This document shows positions 33,749-42,764 of a stretch of 42,764 bases of DNA, piece after piece. A program made the position numbers and the translations under genes. The notes under the pieces were generated by a model that saw only the letters and a list, made by a program, of their open reading frames with translations, made no database searches and was not told the origin of the DNA. How positions within the stretch are numbered: position 1 is the stretch's first letter; every line of letters starts with the position of its first letter. The DNA comes from Octopus sinensis. Its lineage: Eukaryota. The stretch covers positions 1-42,764 of the forward strand of contig NW_021835156.1 of the NCBI RefSeq assembly GCF_006345805.1, written 5' to 3'.

Positions 33749-35133
33749 CCATGAATATATTATCTGCCGCGTAAGAACTGACTAAGAGATCAATAATAGC
33801 TGTATCATCAAAGGATATCTACGTTTGACTTTTTCGGTTCAACCCTCCTAAGAAACCCGGTTATTTTGCTTTATTTCAGAATAGAAACGTTAAAACCAGC
33901 TGAGATGAACAGAAAAGATGCACCCAATGTTTTAAATTTCCTTTTTTTCTAAGACTTTCAGAGTTTATACAATGAATTGACTATTACTAACGAATAGACA
34001 GACGAGAACTCTATATATATCGCAAACCTCAGAAACTTCAGATTCAAAGGAATAAGGAAACGAGAAATTTAGGGTATTCATACTTTCTTAAGTACTGTAT
34101 TTGCGTAAGGAAGAGTGAGATGATTTCCAAACGGAATCGAAATCAAGGCACCGTTTCATGCCTTGCTAATACATTCAGCTAGAATTATTGAATTGCGTAT
34201 ATGTACGCTATTATACGCACAAGAAAAACCTATTCAATGGAGAATGTAGTCTCTCTAACTCGAAGCAAATGGGTTAGCGTGATAAATCTTGTTACCTAAT
34301 ATCAAATATAGATATACTTTAAATGTTAAAACAGAACTGATTCACTGTAACCTTTCATCTATCCTGCATTAAAAGATAATAAATAATGAATAAGAAACTG
34401 ACCTTTAAACCCTTTTGCAAGAAGCATGCAACAGAGATCAACTTAATGCGTTGCATTAAAATAGAAGCAACGAAAGCAGAGATAGCAGCTCTAGTTTCGA
34501 ATTTTATTCGACTCTTATTTATACATTTCTTTCCTTTATTGGTCCTTCCTTTCACATTTTTTTTTTTACTACATTTTCCTATAGAAAGGAAATCTTTTGA
34601 AAGAATTACTCATTAAATAAATTACAGATGTAATTTAGAAGATTCAAGTAAAATCTATTTAATGTCAGATGTTTGTACCCACCGAAATAATAATAATAAT
34701 AAAATGTTAGTAAAATAGCGAATTACACAACTTAAAAGAAGCAAATAAAGAAGCACAAAAATCTGGTTTGTTGTTTGACAATTTATTAGAGTAAAAGATT
34801 AATTGCAAGGGTTAGAAAATATAGAGGTTAAAGAATAAATTCGTCGGAGAAATCCGATTTTTGGCAGTAGCATTGGTTACTTATTAACTATATTAATATT
34901 ACTGTGATCATGAAGAACTACTTGTCCTTTATTAGAGAGCAGAAGCAGGCAAATAAGTTGTGGTGGGTGGGGATGAGAAATGAAAAAAAAAAAAACACAA
35001 ACAGTATAGCTTCTTATGTAATTATCTGATTACATAACAACGACCAATGATATTTCGTGGAGCTGCTTCCAAATCCTGATTTTAAGCATTTAATTAAATG
35101 TGTTACTGACCTTTAGGGAAATATCTCTTTCTC

Positions 35134-35525
35134 TCTTTTATCTCTTTTACTTGTTTCAGTCATTTGACTGTGGCCATGCTGGAGCACCGCCTTTTAGTCG
35201 AGCAAATCGACCCCAGGACTTATTCTTTGTAAGCCCAGTACTTATTCTATCGGTCACTTTTACCGAACCGCCAAGTTACGGGGACGTAAACACACCAGCA
35301 TCGGATGTTAAGCGATGCTAGGGGGACAAACACAGACACACAAACACACACATACATATATACGACAGGCTTCTTTCAGTTTCCGTCTACCAAATCCACT
35401 CACAAGGCATTGGTCGGCCCGGGGCTATAGCAGAAGACACTTGCCCAAGATGCCACGCAGTGGGACTGAACCCGGAACCATGTGGTTGGTTAGCAAGCTA
35501 CTTACCACACAGCCACTCCTGCGCC
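35134..35525 (-). mobile_element. Full-length SINE family 2
   Basis: Nearly colinear with 32818-33207. Confidence 0.92.
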
Positions 35526-35783
35526 TATCATCGCAAAAAAGTATGAATTTACCCTTTCGAGTACCTCTAAGCATTCATTAAAGGAATATATTTGCCGAAG
35601 TAATTAAACAGACTGTGGATAACTGAGAGTCTTGGGGTAAGCCTCCTTGCGTTTCTTTGTCTGTATTTCATTAGATCTTATAACTAACAATGGCGTATAG
35701 ACAGTAAGACCGGTACATACGCACGCGCACACTAAACCCCACTCTACAAATATATATTCATGAAAGTATATATGTATATACAA

Positions 35784-36013
35784 GGCGGCGAGCTGGCAGA
35801 AACGTTAGCACGCTGGGTGAAATGCGTAGCAGTATTTCGTCCTCCGTTACGTTCTGAGTTCAAATTCCGCCTGGGTTGACTTTGCCTTTCATCCTTTCGG
35901 GGTCGATAAATTAAGTACCAGCTACGCACTGGGTTCGAAGTAATTGACTTAATCCGTTTGCCTGTCCTTGTTTGATCCCTCTGTGTTTAGCCCCTTGTGG
36001 GTAGTAAGGAAAT
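35784..36013 (+). mobile_element. Full-length SINE family 3
   Basis: ggcggcgagctggcagaaacgttagcacg...gggtagtaaggaaata. Confidence 0.9.
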
Positions 36014-36226
36014 ATATATATGTATATACATGTATACATATATGGCTACATACATGCATACATATTTTATATATATATATATATCAATATTAGGGTAGCA
36101 AGAACAGGGTAAATGTTTTTTTAATTTTTTCCTCTGATTTCGGAATTACTACTATTTGCGGTTGGAGCCCTGGCTGCCATTTCTAGTGGGTCGAACGGCC
36201 TATTATAGCCGTTCCTCAATTGTGGT

Positions 36227-36269
<43 letters not shown>

Positions 36270-36602
36270 GAGACCCCCGTCGATCATAAATGACCATGAG
36301 ATTGCACCTAGAAAGTTACCCTCCCAGGCACAAGTCCGGGCAAGGCTGTTTATGGAAGACCAGCAGTCACCCATGCATACTGGCCTCTCCTCTCCGCGCC
36401 ACCAGTGTTATCCAAGGGAAAGGCAACGGCTGATACAGCTTGGCACCTGTAACGTCGCAACTAATTCTACTGCTGAGTGAACTGGAGCAACGTGAAATAA
36501 AGTGTCTTGCTCAAGAACACAACACGCAGCCCGGTCCGGGATTCGAACTCGCAACATCACGATTGTAAGCTTGACGCTCTAACCACTGAGCCATACGCCT
36601 TC
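36270..36602 (-). mobile_element. tRNA-derived SINE family 5
   Basis: Minus strand ggcgtatggctcagtggttagagc..gcgagttcgaatcccgg (A and B boxes), gtgttcttgagcaagacactt, ending ..cgacgggggtctc before (TA)n. Confidence 0.85.
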
Positions 36603-36769
36603 ACACACACACGCACATACACACACACACACATACACACACACGCACATATATAGACAACTCTGCATCGACAGGTCGGGGCCTGCAAAGAGGAAAGCAA
36701 ATTCTTTCTTGTCAAAGGTCGCTGTGACCTTTAACAAAATTTCCTCAGTAACTGCCTCCGCAGTCACGT

Positions 36770-37664
36770 GATCAAACTTAATGATTTTGGAGCAAAGTGA
36801 TTCCTGATGTATAATGCAATGGTACCACAATATTTGGTCTTTACTCACATTCAGGGATTCCAGTTTTCTTTGGATGAGACCACGCAATCCTTGTTCCTTG
36901 CCGATTATGGCCGGTGCACCATCGGTAGCAATTCCCAGTAGGCGATCGTAAGTCAGTCCCACCTTTTCGAGTGCAATATCGATTTCTTTGAAAACAGCAG
37001 CACCTGTGCAATTTTCTTTCATTGGACATAGGGCAAGTAATTCTTCAGTGATATTAAAACTTGAATCAACACCTCTCACGAAAATCGCCAGTTGTTGTGT
37101 ATCAGTCATGTGAGTAGATTCGACGATGGCAATGCTGTAAGTTTCGAAGTTTTTACAAAGTTCGTTCAACTGCATTTTCGTATTTTCGCCCAGTTCTTCA
37201 ATCCTTTGAGTTATTGTATTACGCGACAAGCTAACACATTTTATAGCTTTCTCTTTCTCTAGGCACAAAATTTCAATCGCCGAGGTAGTACATTCTTTGA
37301 TAAAGTCTCCTTCCGAAAAAGGTTTCATGTTGCGTGCATTCTTTTCAGCAATGACGAAACTTACTTTGGCGTATTTTTTCGATCCATCGTCTATTTTCCG
37401 AAAAATATTCTGTTGCGAGACTAAATTACTTTGAAGTAAAAGTACTTTCTCCTTGCGTTGATCTCCTTCGTAACGATTATGGGTCGAAGCGTGTTTAATG
37501 TGTAATGCCGTTTCACATTTTCAACTTTTGGAACTGCGACTGTTTCACCACAGATCAGACATACATTTTGCATTTGATTCCACGAAGAAATATAAATTTG
37601 TCCATGCCTCGTTGAACCTGCGATTCTCTTTGTCTACTTTCCTGATTTTTCTAGCCGACGCCAT
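36770..37664 (-). mobile_element. Decayed hAT transposase (GTF2IRD2/SPIN-like), 5' half
   Basis: ATG at 37664 MASARKIRKVDKENRRFNEAW..; KPFSEGDFIKEC, SLSRNTITQRIEEL, DTQQLAIFVRGV, ATDGAPAIIG, YHCIIHQESLC. Confidence 0.9.
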
Positions 37665-38001
37665 GGATGAATAAAATTTGAAATTTATTGTGAAAAAGAA
37701 ACTACTGTAATTTGCTCATCGGTATTCTTATATTCTTTCCGTATCAAAAGTTGTGCCTGAGTAAATTTGAAATTAAATCACCTCAAATGCCAGTTTTATC
37801 GAATTATTCATTCAACCAGCGAGAATCGGTCTTCAAGCACAAAATCTAATGAAATTCTTAGGCGGTGATTTCCCCATTGATTGAGCGATGTCGTGGTTGA
37901 CTGCTGGCTCGAGCCGGCTTGACTTTAGTTTTCAGCCACCGAAAATTGGTATTCATTCACAACACGGTCAGCAGCTGACTCAGCATGCTTAAAACTATCT
38001 G

Positions 38002-38230
38002 TTTCTTTATTACCCACAAGGGGCTAAACATAGCGGGGACAAACAAGGACAGACAAACGGATTAAGTCGATTACATCGACCCCAGTGCATAACTGGTGCT
38101 TAATTTATCGACCCCGAAAGGATGAAAGGCAAAGTCAACCTCGGCGGAACTTGAACTCAGAACGTAACGGCAAACGAAATGCCGCTAAGCATTTCGACCG
38201 GCATGCTAACGTTTCTGCCAGCTCGCCGCC
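38002..38230 (-). mobile_element. Full-length SINE family 3
   Basis: Reverse complement of 35784-36013. Confidence 0.9.
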
Positions 38231-39244
38231 TTAGATGAGACTAACATTACCAAATACCCGTAACTATCTCTATCGCAGATGTCTCATATTGACGTATGGA
38301 GAAGACCTGTGTGCAGCACACTTCCTCAACATAAAAAGAATACTTTAATGTGATTTTTTGTGCTCTACGAATACATTTTTTGTAATTTGTTTTGCAGATA
38401 ACCATAAATTGAAGACCGACTAGTGAGCCGGACGTTGGGCAGCACTGGTTTACATGAAGAATGCGAAGAAAAACTATTTGTTTACATATAGAATTCAAAC
38501 GGAAGTTGGTATCCAAAAAGAGCGTATCGTTTAATATTAAGCATTATACTTTATTTCTGATATACAAATAAACGTTATGGTTTACAGATTTTTAATATTT
38601 ATTTACAATTTCAAAGTTATGACTTTTAATAACATGTGGCTAAAATAAATTGGATGCAGTCCGACTTCTTTTTTAACGAGGTTCGTAGATTGTAAAATGT
38701 TTAGCTATCATCCACATTGCGATTTGCTTCGAAAAAGTGCTTGAACCACAAAGCAAAAAAGAAATTGAACTTAAAAGATCCTCGTACAAGATCATCTATT
38801 GGTATGGTCTTATCGACCTTCAAATTATTCAGAGCCATTCTCGATTTCATAAAATTCACCTCTTTAAAATATTCGTAGGAAATAACTTTTTTTCACTTTC
38901 CTCATGTTGATAACTCCTGGGAACATTATGTTAATTCCGATACAGAAGTGCAGCCCCGTTGAAAGCTCTGATGTCAGTCATGCCCGGTTTCAGATTCTCT
39001 CTGTAACATGTTACTAATTCCTGGCTACACATTTCTTAATTTGCGTCACCACCACCATGGAAATCTTAAAGAAACGAGAAATAGACATGTCAACAAGGAA
39101 ACGAGAATTACAGATTTCACTGGTATTTTGACGTTAAAGTATGTAAACTATTGAAAAAGAACGAGTTATTGTTGTAGGATAATTTCACTTAATTCTAGAT
39201 CATTTTGATAATGCCGTTTTCTGTTTTAAGAACTAATAATCCTT

Positions 39245-39441
39245 TCTACAATACGCACAAGGCCTGAAATTTGAAGAAGGAGATAGTCGATGTAATCGAC
39301 CCCAGTACTTTATCGCTGGTACTTCATTTAGCGACTTCGAAAGGATGAAAGGCAAAAGTCGACCACTCAGAACGTAGCGACAGGAGAAATACCGCTAAAC
39401 ATTTCATCCAGCGTGCTAACGGTTCTGCCAGCTCACCACCT
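39245..39441 (-). mobile_element. SINE family 3, degraded, alternative tail
   Basis: tcgaccccagtac..ggatgaaaggcaaa..cagaacgtag..cgtgctaacggttctgccagctc. Confidence 0.75.
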
Positions 39442-39565
39442 TGAAAAGCAAATCATCTAACAAAAAAGCGTGATTTGCTAATGACTTCGCTGCTTTGTAA
39501 ACTGTACTTTCCTGAAATAACGTCACTTTAAACATTAAGCAATAGTCATTTTCCACAGAAAAATT

Positions 39566-39629
<64 letters not shown>

Positions 39630-39727
39630 TGTCAGAGACAGGTGAGCGAGAGAGTGGGTGTTTGCGTGACAAGGCAAATGATTGACACAATCGTATAGAG
39701 CATTGCAACATTTAACACTAACCGGTA

Positions 39728-39890
39728 AAATGTCCACTTATTTCGTCTTTTTATTTTTCTAAAATATTAAAATATTGCAAAATTTCCACTTATTTCGTCT
39801 TTTTATTTTCCTAAAATATTAAAATATTGCAAAATTTCCACTTATTTCGTCTTTTTATTTTTCTAAAAACTTAAAATATTGCAAAATTTC
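39728..39890. repeat. 52-bp tandem repeat x3
   Basis: ccacttatttcgtc at 39734, 39786 and 39838. Confidence 0.93.
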
Positions 39891-41279
39891 TTTTGGCATT
39901 TTAAATTACTGTAGAACTTTCCGTTGACTTACGTCGTTCGGGTCAATAAAACAAATAGGAGCAAAATTAATAGAAAGTGGGAAAAAAGGGGAGGGGAATA
40001 AACAGTGAAACATGGAAGGAGATGAAGCAAGGGCGTGCAATCCCAGAATAAATGAGCCCCGTGAATTGGAGTTTTTTCTGCTCCATTCTCCATAAAGCTA
40101 AACAATAGTCTAGAATTGACAGAATTGTTCGTGTATTGAACCAAAATGATTTGTTATAGTTCTTCCCATTTTTCATCGATCATTTAACCAGTCTCTTCAG
40201 TAGACAAATAATGTCCTACTATAAAAACTAATTCAGTCCTAGCTAGTGAAGATTGATTTGTAGGAAACCCCACTGAATTCAGCCAGTGACATGGTATGTG
40301 AACAACCAATTTACCAAAAGAAAAAAGGAAACTAACAAAAGAACTGAAGCTCCTTGGGAGACAACGGTAAGCATATCCCGAAGAGATGGACGCCATCAAG
40401 ATAATATTTCTAGCTGGCATTCTGGCATTTAACAGTAATAAAGAGGTAATAGGCTCTGAACACAAAGGGAATTAGGCGGAAGTATTTCATGTATCTGAAT
40501 TTTTCATGAGTACCTGTACATTTTACTTTTGATATTCAAGCTAATTTGGAAATTGTATATGCATGCCGAGAGAAGAAAAGCTGCTCCTGTTGCAAATTCA
40601 ATATTTTAAATATCCGGTGATTTTTTTTTTTTTACACTAATTTAGCAATCCGTATTTGCTCATGTCTTTTACCTGAAAGTGTAACTACCATAGATGTAAT
40701 CTAAGAAATGAGAGAGAGACATGTCTACAAATCAAAATTTCAGTTATTTTCAAGGTTAAAATATTTATACGTTAACTATTGAAAAAAAAATGTTAGTGTT
40801 TGATAACTTCACGTAATGTAAGATTTGTTTAATTATGCTAGTTGTGTGTGTTAGAATATACGATCATTTTTCTGTTTAAAAAAAAGATAAAACGTGATTT
40901 GCTAATGACGAAGCAACGCAAAGCAAGGCCTTGTTTTTACTATGTACAGATAATATTCTTGAGATATTTTTCGTACGAAATCTTTATGTCTTTCTCTTCT
41001 TTTACCTCTCTTTTACCTCACTCCCTCTCTCCTTTCCTCCCTAATATTCTTCTCTATTGCTTCTGTGCCCTCCTCTTTTTCTCTTCTCCCACTAGCACGT
41101 AACCGTATAAAAAACCGTGTCTCAATCGGTATTTTATTTTAATATTGTTTCTTCTCTTCAGCCGTCCTCTTCGCTCCTTGTTGACGTGGATTATCCTACA
41201 ACAGTTTGTTATAGTTTTCTTACATTTTCCGTTTGCAGTGATTTTGTTAAATCTTTGAATTATATATATTGCTATGACA

Positions 41280-41657
41280 TCGAATAGAAAAGAATATGAC
41301 CAAAGACTGCGTGTACTCCATCCCATGCTGCTGTGGTAGGTTATACAAAGGCGAAAATGCCGCCCCCTCAGAATAAGGGTAGACGAACAGCGCAAAGATG
41401 TGAAACGTAGAGATATTGATAAACCGGGTATAGCTGATCATGTATGGAAAAATGGGGACTGCCTCCCCCTGTGGGATGAAGTTAAAATAATAGACAGAGA
41501 ACAGCAATGGAAAATACGAAAACTAAAAGAAGCAGCACATATGCTAGGACACAACAACCTCCTAAGCAGACGAAGTGCAGATATGAACAGCATATGGGAA
41601 CCGGTATTAAGGAAGGATAGAAAAATGTTAGATTTATAGGCCCTAAAATTCACTCCA
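41280..41657 (+). mobile_element. Penelope-like element GIY-YIG 3' fragment
   Basis: KDCVYSIPCCCGRLYKGE..RVDEQRKDV..GIADHVWKNG..WDEVKIIDREQQWKIRKLKEAAHM. Confidence 0.9.
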
Positions 41658-41661
41658 AAAT

Positions 41662-41822
41662 CACCTACGGGAATATAGTGTAGTGGTTAAGAGCGCGGGC
41701 TACTAAACCCAAGATTTTTTATTAACGAAAAATACCCACGTTCGAAATTTCCTCAAGAAGGTAAATCAGCCGAAACGTTGTGTTAAGAACAAATATGCGT
41801 TGAATGTAAATTATGTAAATAA

Positions 41823-41825
<3 letters not shown>
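41662..41825 (+). mobile_element. Family 4 tRNA-headed element, internally deleted, fused to the PLE 3' end
   Basis: gtagtggttaagagcgcgggctact identical to 413-437; retains cagccgaaacgttgtgtt. Confidence 0.75.
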
Positions 41826-41867
<42 letters not shown>

Positions 41868-41870
<3 letters not shown>

Positions 41871-42118
41871 GAGGATCGCGGTTTCGATTCCCAGACCGGG
41901 CGTTGTGTGTGTTTATTGAGCAAAAACACCTAAAAGCTCCACGATGATCCGGCAGGGGGTGGTGATCCCTGCTGTACTCTTTCTCCCACTTTCTTCTGTT
42001 GGCCTGCTCGATTAGCCAGCGGGGTGGCTTCGTTCGTAGGTTAAAACAATGCGAACGCATTGTGACCAGCAATGTGTAGCAACATCTGATGGCCTGGTCG
42101 GTCACGTGATCACGTGAT
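41868..42118 (+). mobile_element. SINE family 1 tail type A with a deletion in the head
   Basis: gtggagg joined directly to atcgcggtttcgattccc; ends cacgtgatcacgtgat. Confidence 0.88.
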
Positions 42119-42385
42119 ATATATATATATATATATATAGATATGTTTGTATGTATGTATACACACACAACATTAGTTGCATATTTATAGAAATTATATA
42201 TGAAATATATTGTATTTATACAGAATATATATTCCATAACAGTATATATGTACATGAATACACTGTGTTAATACACTATACGCACACATAAACATACATA
42301 GATGAAAACATATAATGTATATACATGTATATGTGTATTTATATATGCAACTATATATATTTATATATATATATATATTTGTATA

Positions 42386-42429
<44 letters not shown>

Positions 42430-42503
42430 CGCACATGTATATTTATCTGTCTATTTATCTATTTGTCTGTGTCTCTACTTATCTGTCTGTCTATCTCTCT
42501 CTC

Positions 42504-42545
<42 letters not shown>

Positions 42546-42610
42546 CTGTCTAGCTCTCTGTCTGTCTATCTATCTATCTATCTATATATATATCCATCTC
42601 TCTACCTATC
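42119..42610. repeat. (TA)/(TCTA)-rich low-complexity region
   Basis: Directly visible. Confidence 0.85.
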
Positions 42611-42764
42611 TATTCAATGTAGTTCGTATATAAGCCACAGGTAGAGAGGAAGACGATCGTTTCACCTATCTGAATCACCAGCTTTGATGTTTTGCCTAAT
42701 GCCGGGTACTCAAATAAAAGGTCATACTTCAGATGAGAGAAAAAACAGTTTGATCTTGATCTTT

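Noticed and set aside
36705-36748. 12-bp hairpin flanked on the minus strand by CTGAGGA and GAAA
   Set aside because: Four extra nucleotides separate the core from the stem, and there is no stem I or III. The hairpin is real but is not a supportable ribozyme.
38370-38520. Strong splice-acceptor-like ttttgcag and the 89-aa minus-strand ORF as a host exon
   Set aside because: No recognisable protein similarity and no partner exons are visible.

Overview
AT-rich, microsatellite-saturated eukaryotic DNA. The SINE families and repeat landscape suggest an octopus (coleoid cephalopod); this is an inference. One intact protein-coding gene is present: an intronless, strongly diverged EB1/MAPRE-like ORF (8756-9661) that keeps the CH domain and coiled coil but has lost the SxIP-binding residues and the acidic EEY tail. 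Upstream lie two decayed partial copies of it, interleaved with fragments of a ZMYM1-like hAT transposase. The rest is transposon debris: about 25 tRNA-headed SINE copies of several families (three with 11-12 bp TSDs), RTE, CR1-like and R4/Dong-like LINE 3' ends, Tc1, mariner and GTF2IRD2-like hAT fragments, Helentron/DINE-like elements, two Penelope-like (PLE) GIY-YIG fragments (one with a twin-priming-type inversion), a 114-bp x ~11 array and very long (TA)/(ATAC)/(GATA) tracts. The most striking signal is a set of hammerhead-ribozyme (HHR) motifs in several unrelated non-coding elements, most of them (TA)n-flanked. These include a 177-bp tandem unit with a variant HHR (retrozyme-like), a type I HHR one base from canonical, and a tRNA-headed element with a minimal HHR that is continuous with the PLE 3' end. 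All alignments and folds were done by eye. Coordinates of decayed elements are approximate, and almost all ORFs in the supplied track are microsatellite or antisense artefacts.
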